DNA of 64,000 nt from Pirellulales bacterium (GTDB lineage Bacteria > Planctomycetota > Planctomycetia > Pirellulales > JBBDJB01), in contig JBBDJB010000025.1 in assembly GCA_040880125.1 (NCBI GenBank), positions 34,268 to 98,267 of the forward strand, written 5' to 3'. Shown piece after piece: positions 19,427 to 27,997 of this stretch. The translations under genes were made by a program, and so were the position numbers. The notes under the pieces are model-generated. The model had not been told where the DNA came from, searched no databases, and saw only the letters and a program-made list of their open reading frames with translations. Every line of letters begins with the position of its first letter. Position 1 is the first letter of the stretch.

Positions 19427-19692
19427 ATGAAAGCAACCCACGACGGTAAGACTGATACTCTCACTACCATTTTTCACGACGGCCGAGGTTACCGAAAGCG
19501 ATGAAGACAAGCCTGGCGTCATTCTCGACTACGACGACGGCCGACAATCTCGTGAGCCTGGAGGTGCTCGATGCCACACGGCGAGTCGCGGACGCACGCA
19601 GTATGCAGTTCCAGATGGACGAATCAGTGTCCGCGGATGCACAGGATATCGGTTCATCGGCGGTAGGCAACGGCTGTCCCGTTCGGCCGTAG
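19427..19692 (+). pseudogene. frameshifted DUF2283-like small gene remnant
   Basis: Three reading frames together spell a DUF2283-like protein: MKATHDGKTDTLTTIFHD / AEVTESDEDKPGVILDYDDG / DNLVSLEVLDATRRV. No single frame is intact. Confidence 0.35.
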
Positions 19693-19712
19693 CTAATTTC
19701 GCAAGGATTCAG
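19689..19712 (+). repeat. hairpin repeat family C copy, degenerate (gtagctaatttcgcaaggattcag)
   Basis: Similar to the copies at 23867, 25432 and 27198. Directly abuts family A copy 19718-19740. Confidence 0.5.
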
Positions 19713-19717
19713 CCGGT

Positions 19718-19740
19718 GGCACAGACATTCCTGTCTGTGC
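19718..19740 (+). repeat. hairpin repeat family A copy (ggcacagacaTTCCtgtctgtgc)
   Basis: Perfect 9-bp stem GCACAGACA/TGTCTGTGC with a 4-nt loop. Intergenic, at the right edge of the low-GC island. Confidence 0.9.
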
Positions 19741-19775
19741 GTTTTGATCTCCGCCGATGGTCCACACAACGGACC

Positions 19776-20075
19776 CTACGGCTCGATCGCTTGCGCGATC
19801 ATCTCGCGCAGCGAATCCACCTCAACGCCGCTGATCAGAAAGCGCTTCTCCGGTGAGGTGGCGCCGCTGACCAGCTCGATCCGCCTCTTGGCCACGCCCA
19901 GCGTCTTGCTCAGCAGCGCGACGATCGCCTTGTTCGCCTTGCCCTTCTCCGGCGCTTGGGTTACCGAGACGCGGAGCATCCCCTGGCGGCAGCCTTCGAT
20001 CGCGTCTCGCCGCGCGCCGGCATGCGCCTTGACCGGCAGGATGACACCCTGCGGATGCGCTGCGAGCTCGATCAC
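19776..20075 (-). CDS. DUF167 (YggU-like) protein
   Basis: LRVSVTQAPEKGKANKAIVALLSKTLGVAKRRIELVSGATSPEKRFLI matches the YggU/DUF167 pattern. Overlaps the yggS stop by 4 nt. Confidence 0.8.
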   Translation of the reverse strand: MIELAAHPQGVILPVKAHAGARRDAIEGCRQGMLRVSVTQAPEKGKANKAIVALLSKTLGVAKRRIELVSGATSPEKRFLISGVEVDSLREMIAQAIEP

Positions 20076-20779
20076 GACGTCATCCTTTCGAACACCGCCG
20101 ACCCGACGCGCACGATGGTGGCCCCTTCGCGAATCGCCTCTTCAAAGTCGCCGCTCATGCCCATCGAAAGCTCATCCAGGCTCGCCCCTTCCGGCACGCT
20201 GGGCCGCAGGCGGTCGCGCAGCTCGCGCAGTTCGGCGAAGTTCCGCCGCGCGACGTCCGTCCCGCCGGTGCGGCTGGCCATCGTCATCAGCCCGCGCAGC
20301 TCGACGTGCGGATAGCCGGGCATCCGCTCCACCAGCGGCAGCAGTTCCTCCGGCTGCAGCCCCTGTTTCTCGACGTCGCCCGAGACGTTGACCTCCAGCA
20401 GCACCGCGCAGCGCCGCCCTAGCTGCGTGGCCTCGTCGTCGATCGCCTTCAGCAGGCGCGGGCTATCGACCGAGTGGATCAAGTGGACCAGCGGCAGCGT
20501 ACGCCGCACCTTGTTCCGCTGCAAATGTCCGACCAGGTGCCACTGGACCTGCGGATCGGACAGCGATTCGGTCTTCTGCCACAGCGACTGCGGCCGGCTT
20601 TCGCCCAACTGCCGGCAGCCGGCCGCGATGACGGCCCGCGCTTCCTCCAGCCCCACGTATTTGGTGACCACCACCAGGGTGACATCCCGCGCGGTTCGCC
20701 CGCTCATCGTGGCGGCCGCATCGATCCGCTCGTTGATGCGGGAGAGGTTCTCGGCGATGCGGTCGGGCGTTTCAGACAT
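20072..20779 (-). CDS. yggS: YggS-family pyridoxal-5'-phosphate homeostasis protein
   Basis: VTLVVVTKYV, WHLVGHLQRNK and LSMGMSGDFEEAIREGATIVRVGSAVF are YggS hallmarks. Confidence 0.9.
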   Translation of the reverse strand: MSETPDRIAENLSRINERIDAAATMSGRTARDVTLVVVTKYVGLEEARAVIAAGCRQLGESRPQSLWQKTESLSDPQVQWHLVGHLQRNKVRRTLPLVHLIHSVDSPRLLKAIDDEATQLGRRCAVLLEVNVSGDVEKQGLQPEELLPLVERMPGYPHVELRGLMTMASRTGGTDVARRNFAELRELRDRLRPSVPEGASLDELSMGMSGDFEEAIREGATIVRVGSAVFERMTS

Positions 20780-20806
20780 GGCCGCGCGAGGCTCGCCAGT
20801 TCACGG

Positions 20807-22633
20807 CTATTCGATTTCGATCAGCTCTTCGACATCGCCACTGGTGGAAAAGCGGCCGAAGAGAAACTCGGTGGCGAGGTTTTGCCCCAGCACGGTGCGG
20901 TTCCCCAGGCCGGACATCGCCCGATAGATGAGCCACTGATCGCTGCCGCACTGGGCACGGTAGCCGACGGCCGTATCGCGCGAAACGACTTCGAGCGATT
21001 CGGCCACGGTCAACTGCCGCCACGTCCGTTGCCGCGCGGAGCGCCGCCGGTTGAGATCGAATAGCAAGGGCGCGCTGAGGTTCTGGCCGGTCAGATGTTG
21101 GTGGAGCCTGAGCCGGCCGTCTTCCACGCCGAGCGTGCCGCCGCGCGGATCGGTCCGCCACTCCGGCAGCGCCAGCGGCATCACCAGCGCGCGGGGCTGC
21201 CGGCCCGACAAGTAGCCTTCGCGCGTATCTTCTTCCGGGCGCCATTCGACCGTCGGCCCCAGCGGCAGCGTGCCGGTGTACTCGATTTCCGATGCCGACG
21301 GCTCGACGCGGATATTATCCGCCAGATACAGCAGCCCATCCTCGCGGGCGAGCAGAAGCTGCCGCTGCACGCGCGCCGCATCGCCCAGGTCGATCTCCAG
21401 TTCCAGGTAGTCGACCTCTTCATCGGACACCCAGCACAACTGCTCCCAACTGTTCACCGGTTCGAAGCGACGGCCGCCGATGGCCAAGTCGATGCCCCAC
21501 TCGCCGGCGAGCACCGTCTCGCCGCCGCACTCCAGTTCCAGCAGCAGCCGTGCGTCGCCGTAGTTGACCGCCAGGCGCGACGCCCCGGCCGACCAGTCGG
21601 GCCGCAACACGGCCGCTGCCGACCATTCCGACTCGACCGCCGGATCGGGCAGCTCGCGCGAAGCCTTTCCTTTGATACTGCGGGCGAAGCTGCGCGGCAG
21701 CGACTCGCGCGCGGCCGTGCGATCGGCCGCGCTGCCGCCGTAGCGTAGCGCCGCCTCGAACAGCGCCGCGTTCCACGCGCCCGCGGCATCGCCGCTGAGC
21801 AATTGGCTACCGTCGGCACGAGCCAGCCGCAGCATTTGCGTGACCGCCCATTCGAATTGCGATTCGGCCACCTGGGTGTAGCACGACGAGGACGCCGCCT
21901 CCGCCATCGCCCGGCACCGCGTCCAGCACGCCATCAGCGGGCGGAGTCGTTCCAGATGCCGCGCTTCGATCAGACCCTCGCCGTCAGTCAGTTCGATCAG
22001 ACCCTCGGACAGCCGGCGTCGGCCTTCCGCGGCAGCCTTCCGGCAGGCGTTGATCTCAGGAAACAGATAGCCGAGCGTCCACGGCAGCTCGCCCCCCCAA
22101 AGCTGCGCGATCAGCGGATCGGCGGCGAGGTCGACTGCGGCCGCATCCTCGGCGATCTGCAACAGCACGTCCAGCAGTTCCCACCAAAGCTCGGGCGACA
22201 CCGGTCCGGCCAGTCGCGGCAGCGCATGACAAACGGCCAGCATCTGCACGGCCAGTTCGAGCGTCGGCGGCGCGCTGGCCGATTCCAGCGACCACGGAGC
22301 AAGTTGCTCGGCCAGCGTGCGCTCCGGCCGCTTGCGCTTACCCGAGGCTAACAGCGCCGCGACCAGCGGATCACCCGCCAGCTCGCCTTCGACTTCGGGC
22401 AGGTTCCACAACAGTGGCGAGGTGCGCCCCGGCAGCAGCCCCTCCAGCGGCGCCGGCGATTTCCGCGCGGCCAGATGCGCTATCCAAGCGTCCCAACCGG
22501 GGCCGCTTTCGCCGGCACGGCATGCGCTGACTTGCTGCGGCGCCGAAGTGTGCCACAGGCGGCGCGAAAGGCGGCCTGTATGACGGCGGAGCGATGAGCC
22601 TTCGCGGCTGTCGGGTTTGGCGATCGTGGCCAT
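20807..22633 (-). CDS. hypothetical protein (possibly heparinase II/III-like C-terminal fold)
   Basis: 608-aa ORF with plausible composition. The C-terminal half has beta-rich text (VNYGDARLLLELECGGETVLAGEWGIDLAIGG...) reminiscent of heparinase II/III-family C-domains. I recognise no firm motif. Confidence 0.5.
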   Translation of the reverse strand: MATIAKPDSREGSSLRRHTGRLSRRLWHTSAPQQVSACRAGESGPGWDAWIAHLAARKSPAPLEGLLPGRTSPLLWNLPEVEGELAGDPLVAALLASGKRKRPERTLAEQLAPWSLESASAPPTLELAVQMLAVCHALPRLAGPVSPELWWELLDVLLQIAEDAAAVDLAADPLIAQLWGGELPWTLGYLFPEINACRKAAAEGRRRLSEGLIELTDGEGLIEARHLERLRPLMACWTRCRAMAEAASSSCYTQVAESQFEWAVTQMLRLARADGSQLLSGDAAGAWNAALFEAALRYGGSAADRTAARESLPRSFARSIKGKASRELPDPAVESEWSAAAVLRPDWSAGASRLAVNYGDARLLLELECGGETVLAGEWGIDLAIGGRRFEPVNSWEQLCWVSDEEVDYLELEIDLGDAARVQRQLLLAREDGLLYLADNIRVEPSASEIEYTGTLPLGPTVEWRPEEDTREGYLSGRQPRALVMPLALPEWRTDPRGGTLGVEDGRLRLHQHLTGQNLSAPLLFDLNRRRSARQRTWRQLTVAESLEVVSRDTAVGYRAQCGSDQWLIYRAMSGLGNRTVLGQNLATEFLFGRFSTSGDVEELIEIE

Positions 22634-22983
22634 GGCAAGCGGCTTCCTGCGGTGCGAAAAGGGCGGAACTTCGTGTCCGGCGCGGCCGGCGAGCTCCGTG
22701 CGGCTCGGTTGGACTTCGGTCGTACAAAGGGATATCTTACAAAACGTGGGGCCATGAATCTGCCCCTTTGGTCCGTTTCTCCGCGGGACTTATGGAAAGG
22801 GCCTGTGAACAATCCGGCCGGCTCCGGGCACCCAAGCGATAGCCGCAGTACGGGCGTGTCCCGGCTCACCTTGCCCAGCCGTGCCGTTGCCCTGGCAAAC
22901 GACAAACCGAACCCCGAATCCCGCACCCCGGACGCCCTCTGCACATCTTGCACATCGGCCACTAACACCAGAAGAGGCCCACG

Positions 22984-23859
22984 ATGTCGTACCACCACCG
23001 GGTCGGAATAACTGCGTCGGCGGCCTTGATGGCGATCGCTCTCCTGCTGGCCCCGGCCAACGTGTCCTGGGCACAGCTCATCGACGACGCCGAAGACCCG
23101 CCGGTCACCGAGGAGCAACTGGCCGCCCGCAAGCTCGCACCGCCCGAGGGTGCCCGACGGCTGGTGCCCGAGCACGATCTCTGGGTGGACCGCGAGAAGA
23201 AGCGGGTGTACATCGACGGCCGGATCTGCCTGCGGCGGGGTCAACTGGAGATGTTCGCCTGCCCGCAGGGGACGAAGGAGCACGAGTCGATCGTGGCGGC
23301 CAACACGAAGGCCCAGGTGGCGCACGCGGCGCTGCTGCTGGTCGGAGCGAAGGTCGGCCAGCCGGTGCAGTTCTCGCCCGAGTACGTGCCGGCCTCCGGC
23401 ACCGTGATCGAGGTGTACGTCATTTGGAAGGACGCCGAGGGCAAGCAGCACCGCGTACCGGCGCAGGAGTGGATCCGCAACACGCGCACCAAGGAGCCGA
23501 TGAAGCACAACTGGGTGTTCGCCGGCAGCGGCTTCTGGACGGACGAGACGGACGGCAAGCGATACTACCAAGCCGAGGCGGGCGACTTCATCTGCGTCTC
23601 GAATTTTCCTAGCGCCACGCTCGACCTTCCGGTCGAGAGCACCGCCGCCAACGCCGGGCTGTTGTTTGAAGCCCTGACCGAAAAGATCCCACCGCTCGGT
23701 GCCCCCGTGCGATTAGAGCTGGTCCCCAAGCTGCCGGAGGACGTAAAGGCGGAGGGTGCCGAAGCCGCTCCGGCTGAAAGCGATGCTGTCGAAAAGGCAT
23801 CGGCCGATGAGCCTGCGGGCGAGCCTTCTGCCGATTCCGCCGACGAACGCCGTAGTTGA
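22984..23859 (+). CDS. secreted protein, YdjY-domain-like, acidic C-terminal tail
   Basis: Signal peptide MSYHHRVGITASAALMAIALLLAPANVSWAQ. The core LWVDREKKRVYIDGRICLRRGQLEMFACPQGTKEHESIV resembles what I recall as the YdjY domain. Confidence 0.55.
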   Translation: MSYHHRVGITASAALMAIALLLAPANVSWAQLIDDAEDPPVTEEQLAARKLAPPEGARRLVPEHDLWVDREKKRVYIDGRICLRRGQLEMFACPQGTKEHESIVAANTKAQVAHAALLLVGAKVGQPVQFSPEYVPASGTVIEVYVIWKDAEGKQHRVPAQEWIRNTRTKEPMKHNWVFAGSGFWTDETDGKRYYQAEAGDFICVSNFPSATLDLPVESTAANAGLLFEALTEKIPPLGAPVRLELVPKLPEDVKAEGAEAAPAESDAVEKASADEPAGEPSADSADERRS

Positions 23860-23866
23860 AACAGCC

Positions 23867-23890
23867 GTAGCTGAATTCGTGAGAATTAAG
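23867..23890 (+). repeat. hairpin repeat family C copy (gtagctgaattcgtgagaattaag)
   Basis: Begins 8 nt after the stop at 23857-23859. CTGAATTC / GAATT(A)AG stem with a GTGA loop. Confidence 0.8.
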
Positions 23891-24171
23891 ACGGCTCGGC
23901 GTTCTGCCCAGCGCCCTCCACAACCTCGATGAAACTGCTGGTGCGGCATCCCTTCGCGATCAGCTAGCGTGTGCGCTATAGTCCTCCTTTGCACTCGGCC
24001 GAAGTGACCAGCAACGCACGAGTTGCACAGCGGCCGCGCGGCGCTGTGGGGGGCCATTTTACGTCCGCGATTTGACGAACATTAGGCGAACCCCGTAGAA
24101 TAGCGCACACGCATTTCGGCGGGAGTGCATCGCGAGTCCGCGTGCCCCGCTAGTCTCAAGTATGGATACAC

Positions 24172-25356
24172 ATGCGACTTGCTGATTTTATCTTCGCGAA
24201 TCGTGAAGCGATTCTCCAGGAGTGGGAGGCCTTCGCCCGGACGATCAACTTAGGCGAGAAAATGGACGCGCTGGCGCTTCGCGACCATGCCGAAGAGATC
24301 CTCCTCGCGACTGCCCGGGACATGCGATCGGCGCAAAGCGCGGTCGAGCGCTCGTCGAAGGCCCAGGGAAACCACCACGGGAGCGACGGCGAAGCACTGG
24401 ACGGGGCCTCCGACAAGCACGCCATCGGCCGCCTGGGTTCCGGATTCGACCTGCTGGCAGTGGTTTCGGAATATCGAGCGCTGCGCGCCAGTGTGCTGCG
24501 GCTATGGCATGAGAGTGGGCCCCAGCCCGATGGCAACGACGTTGACGACGTCACCCGCTTCAACGAATCGATCGACCAATCTCTTTCCAAGGCGGTTAGC
24601 AGTTACACCAGACGGGTGGACCAGTCCCGCGACCTCTTCCTCGCGATTCTGAGCCATGACCTGCGCAATCCGCTGAACTCCATCGCCATGTCGGCTTCGC
24701 TGCTGCCGCACCTGTTCCAGCCCGACACCCATGCGATCACAGTGGTTTCTCAGATCGCCACGAACGCCGGGGTTATGGCGAGAATGATCGGCGATCTTCT
24801 CGATTACACCCGCACGCGGCTCGGCGCGGGCATGCCGGTTTCCACGGCCCCCATGGACTTGGGCACACTCTGCCAGGAATTGTACGACGAATTCCGGACG
24901 GCCCACCCGGATCGGCTCCTTCACCTCCAATCAGAGGGCGATTTGCATGGCAACTGGGATGCCGATCGACTGCGTCAGGCCATCTCCAACCTGCTGGGCA
25001 ACGCCATCCAGCATAGTCCTGACAGCGCGACCGTTTCGTTGAAAGTGTGCGGAGTAGCCGGCGACGTCGAACTGGAGATCCACAACGACGGCCCTCCGAT
25101 TCCGCCGGGCGAGCTGGCGAAGATCTTCGAGCCGCTGGTGCGGGGTTCGAGTGCCGAACGCCCTCAGCCGAACCGTCCCGGCAGCATCGGCTTGGGTCTG
25201 TACATCGCCCGTGCAATCGCCCAATCCCACGGCGGCACCATCGACGCGACCTCATCCCGGGAAGCGGGCACCACGTTCCACGTGTGCCTGCCGCGCGGGT
25301 CTCTCGCCCATTCCGGCCAAGCAATCTTGGGCGAGGAACACCTCCGCTCGATGTGA
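24172..25356 (+). CDS. cytoplasmic sensor histidine kinase (HisKA + HATPase_c)
   Basis: H-box FLAILSHDLRNPLNSI, N-box LLGNAIQHS and G-boxes IHNDGPPIP / GSIGLGLYIARAI. No TM segments. The N-terminal sensing region is MRLADFIFANREAILQEWEAF. Confidence 0.85.
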   Translation: MRLADFIFANREAILQEWEAFARTINLGEKMDALALRDHAEEILLATARDMRSAQSAVERSSKAQGNHHGSDGEALDGASDKHAIGRLGSGFDLLAVVSEYRALRASVLRLWHESGPQPDGNDVDDVTRFNESIDQSLSKAVSSYTRRVDQSRDLFLAILSHDLRNPLNSIAMSASLLPHLFQPDTHAITVVSQIATNAGVMARMIGDLLDYTRTRLGAGMPVSTAPMDLGTLCQELYDEFRTAHPDRLLHLQSEGDLHGNWDADRLRQAISNLLGNAIQHSPDSATVSLKVCGVAGDVELEIHNDGPPIPPGELAKIFEPLVRGSSAERPQPNRPGSIGLGLYIARAIAQSHGGTIDATSSREAGTTFHVCLPRGSLAHSGQAILGEEHLRSM

Positions 25357-25431
25357 GGGTGGGGGAGAGTTGGTTCGGACGCTACGGCCAGTGAGTGAGC
25401 GAACTCGCGTCCAAATCCGCCGACGAAAGCT

Positions 25432-25455
25432 GTAGCTGAATTCGTGAGAATTCAG
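25432..25455 (+). repeat. hairpin repeat family C copy, perfect (gtagCTGAATTCgtgaGAATTCAG)
   Basis: 8-bp perfect stem with a GTGA (GNRA-type) loop. Lies between the kinase gene and the start of the low-GC island. Confidence 0.9.
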
Positions 25456-25467
25456 AGGAGTCCATGT

Positions 25468-25902
25468 ATGGGTGCCGCCTATTTCATCGTCCTCAACTCG
25501 GACGATCCGGGCTTCAACACCACCGTTGACGGCAAAGCATTGTCCCGTCATTCAGGACGGATCGACGCAAAAGCGAAAGTCCTGGGGTTCAAGTCGCTTG
25601 ATGAATACTGCAGTCAATCACCTGAAGATGCACGATCTTTGTTGGCGGACCTGATGGGAATGGAAGATGAAGATGACCTGCCGCCAGATGCCGAAGAAAC
25701 GCTAGGCAACTTACCGCCGGAAGAATGGTGTGATTCGGAGCACGGCATCGATTATGCGAAACGAGTCGGTGACGCGATCCGCCAGAATCCACAGGCAGTC
25801 GAGGATGCGGATGCCATCCTTTCCGATCTTGATTCGATGGTTGCAGTTCTGACGCAAGCAAAAGATCGGGGATTGAAGTGGCATTTGCAGGTCGACTTCT
25901 GA
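25468..25902 (+). CDS. small acidic hypothetical protein
   Basis: GAGGAG sits 8 nt upstream of the ATG at 25468. 144 aa with no signal peptide and an Asp/Glu-rich centre (MGMEDEDDLPPDAEETLGNLPPEEW). Lower GC than the backbone. No family recognised. Confidence 0.5.
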   Translation: MGAAYFIVLNSDDPGFNTTVDGKALSRHSGRIDAKAKVLGFKSLDEYCSQSPEDARSLLADLMGMEDEDDLPPDAEETLGNLPPEEWCDSEHGIDYAKRVGDAIRQNPQAVEDADAILSDLDSMVAVLTQAKDRGLKWHLQVDF

Positions 25903-26005
25903 TCTAATTGAATCGACGTGAAAAGCCAGCGACAAGCAGTTGAACGTGAGCGGCGGAGCACATCGCAATTGAAGCCACCGTTACGGGCCGCCGCCAAAGC
26001 CGCCT

Positions 26006-26905
26006 ATGGTGACGTCTATCGACGACGCGACGGTCGTGCTAAACAGGGACCATATGATGCAGTCGATTCTTGATTTCGCGGATCAACGATTTGTCGTACA
26101 TGACAACCTAGACGTATTGCGGGATCTCCATATATTGAAGTGGCCCGGCAAGAGATGCAACTTGGGAATCGCCCTAAATAAGGAGGTCGTAATTCTCAAT
26201 TGGCGTCGGATGGCAACGTACCGCGTTCAACTTTCCAACCTGGCCCACTATCTCGGCAAGGATATAAAACGTGTGCGTGTATACGCGTGTAGGTCCGAGT
26301 TGGGACCACCGTTAACAACCGAATATGTCAATCAGTATTTGTGTGGCAGCGAGGATAACCCGTATAGCGTGTGGAACTTGGTCCAGTACATGATGTCCTC
26401 AACATCGAGCCAGCACTTGACGCAGTTCCCTCCACTGCGATGTGACAAAGAGGATCAGGATGCGAGGATCGACGAAATGCGACGCCTGGCGCAACTTGGC
26501 GACGTGTTATTCAGTTTCGATAGAACTTCGGGCCTTTCCCACCTGATACGTCGGTATGATTGGTGCATGTGGTCTCACTGTGCCATGTGTTGTGGCAATA
26601 ATGATGTAGTTGAAGTATCCATAGACGGAGCCACGGAGTCAAACATTAGCGACTTAAATCGCCCCGGACTCGACGTGGGTCTATATCGGTTGAGTTCACT
26701 CGAACCGGCTGAGAACGGCGCGAAGGCTGTTGAAGCCATGCGAAATCACATTGGGCGAGAGGGGTACCCGTGGTTGGAAGTGGTGCTCATAGGAGTGCGA
26801 AAGAACCTACGCTGGATACGACGGATATTGCCAACGTCACAGCGTTCAATTACGCCTGCTGATCTGATGTATTCGAATCAGTTTAAGCTTGTCTGCTATG
26901 CTTGA
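26006..26905 (+). CDS. hypothetical protein; C-terminal half resembles a YiiX/YaeF-type permuted papain-fold (peptidase C92-like) domain
   Basis: GDVLFSFDRTSGLSHLIRRYDWCMWSHCAM aligns by eye with E. coli YiiX GDIIFQISRSSQSQAIQLATHSDYSHTGM. The C-terminal SITPADLMYSNQFKLV aligns with VVSPQAVFDAPQLTTV. The YCSEVV catalytic-Cys position reads PWLEVV here. The N-terminal ~160 aa are unrecognised. Low GC. Confidence 0.45.
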   Translation: MVTSIDDATVVLNRDHMMQSILDFADQRFVVHDNLDVLRDLHILKWPGKRCNLGIALNKEVVILNWRRMATYRVQLSNLAHYLGKDIKRVRVYACRSELGPPLTTEYVNQYLCGSEDNPYSVWNLVQYMMSSTSSQHLTQFPPLRCDKEDQDARIDEMRRLAQLGDVLFSFDRTSGLSHLIRRYDWCMWSHCAMCCGNNDVVEVSIDGATESNISDLNRPGLDVGLYRLSSLEPAENGAKAVEAMRNHIGREGYPWLEVVLIGVRKNLRWIRRILPTSQRSITPADLMYSNQFKLVCYA

Positions 26906-26963
26906 ATGATCAAGGTAGACTCTCGTCGGTTGCCGTGCCGCTATGGCGGATAACAGGCTGGCA

Positions 26964-27077
26964 CTGAGTACGACGCCGCGTTGTCCTGCGTAGTGTGCGC
27001 GTGCGCCGTTCGAGCCGCGGTTAAGCGTGGCGTCCTCGGGTCGTAGCCCGGCTGGCATTGATGTCGCCCGTGCCGGC
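26964..27077 (-). pseudogene. decayed fragment of an alkaline-phosphatase-family gene (paralogous to the 3' part of 32692..34020)
   Basis: Hand alignment: 26964-27035 versus 32780-32851 gives 56/72 identical. The fragment then lacks ~40 nt present in the intact gene, after which gggtcgtagcccggct is shared. No intact frame. This is a GC-rich patch inside a low-GC island. Confidence 0.5.
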
Positions 27078-27197
27078 AACGGGCCGCAAGAGGCTAATCC
27101 GCACGGGGTACAGCAACACGACCTCCACAATCTTGAATGATGCGGGCGCCGAAAACGCCGACCAAGTGCTGCACAGCTGATTGCCACGAGAGCAGTC

Positions 27198-27221
27198 GTA
27201 CCTGCATTCGCAAGAATTCAG
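27198..27221 (+). repeat. hairpin repeat family C copy, degenerate (gtacctgcattcgcaagaattcag)
   Basis: Matches the family C consensus at most positions. Intergenic. Confidence 0.55.
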
Positions 27222-27259
27222 GTACGGCTGACGTCCGACAGGAACTGTATCCTTGCACG

Positions 27260-27787
27260 TCACCCACCGTACCGATCAGGCGGCGTCGAACAAATCGGCA
27301 CTGGCGATTTGTTCGGGAGAAACGTTATTCGTACAACGTATCGTTCGCTGGCGGATTGATGAAATCGGGAGACGACTTCACAAACTTGGAAGTCGTCATT
27401 GTAAACAATCGGAAGATACGAAAAATCCATCCCGTGCGATCCGTCTAGTGTATCCATCACGCCGGAAACGTAGTCGAGCAAATCACGCCGAGGGTCCACT
27501 GCTGATGCAAATAAGTCGAAATCGAGTCCGATAGGGCCATGCGACCACGCACGATCGCCCATCGCCTCAAGGGCAGCCGTGCGTAGCGCCAGGAACCGAG
27601 TGTAGTGTCGGTGCTTCGGATTGCGAATCGAGAACGAAGTGTCCTTGAACGGAGGAAGGCCAAGAACATCGAGCTGGATGGACTCGCCTGGGCGCGATCG
27701 GTGCATAGTCGGGAGGCGGCCGGGATCGTAGGGGAGGACAAGAACTCGGTCTTCTTGGGTGGCTGATCCCATGTCAGGCTCCTTCAC
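27260..27787 (-). CDS. RusA-like (Holliday-junction resolvase fold) protein
   Basis: The ordered pattern LGLPPFK ... GPIGLDFDLF ... RRDLLDYVSGVMDTLDG ... IVYNDDFQVCEVV ... RYVVRITF mirrors RusA (PP..K, GPV.L.I.F, DLDN..K..DAL, DD.QV, final beta strand). The acidic spacing is DLLD rather than DLDN. Confidence 0.45.
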   Translation of the reverse strand: MKEPDMGSATQEDRVLVLPYDPGRLPTMHRSRPGESIQLDVLGLPPFKDTSFSIRNPKHRHYTRFLALRTAALEAMGDRAWSHGPIGLDFDLFASAVDPRRDLLDYVSGVMDTLDGSHGMDFSYLPIVYNDDFQVCEVVSRFHQSASERYVVRITFLPNKSPVPICSTPPDRYGG

Positions 27788-27816
27788 CCTAGATGATGCG
27801 GATGGTTAAACGTAAT

Positions 27817-27997
27817 CAAACGTCTCCCGCAGCGCGGCGGCCAGGTCGAGAAGCGGCTGTTCGCCTGGCCCGCTGTACGAGGAGCCGTGCATGACGGCCA
27901 GCGTTTGCGGCCGCAGGGCGGATAGCCCGCGCAAGATGCCCTCGGTCTGGCGGGTGTAGGGCATGTAGCCGGCCAGGGGACCGGCCTGCATCTGCTG
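27817..27997 (-). pseudogene. orphan duplicate of the 3' end of the MBL-fold gene (copy of 28966-29146)
   Basis: The 181-nt blocks align without gaps at roughly 90% identity. The fragment translates as [60 protein letters not shown], against the intact C-terminus [60 protein letters not shown]. The upstream part of the gene is missing. Confidence 0.75.
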
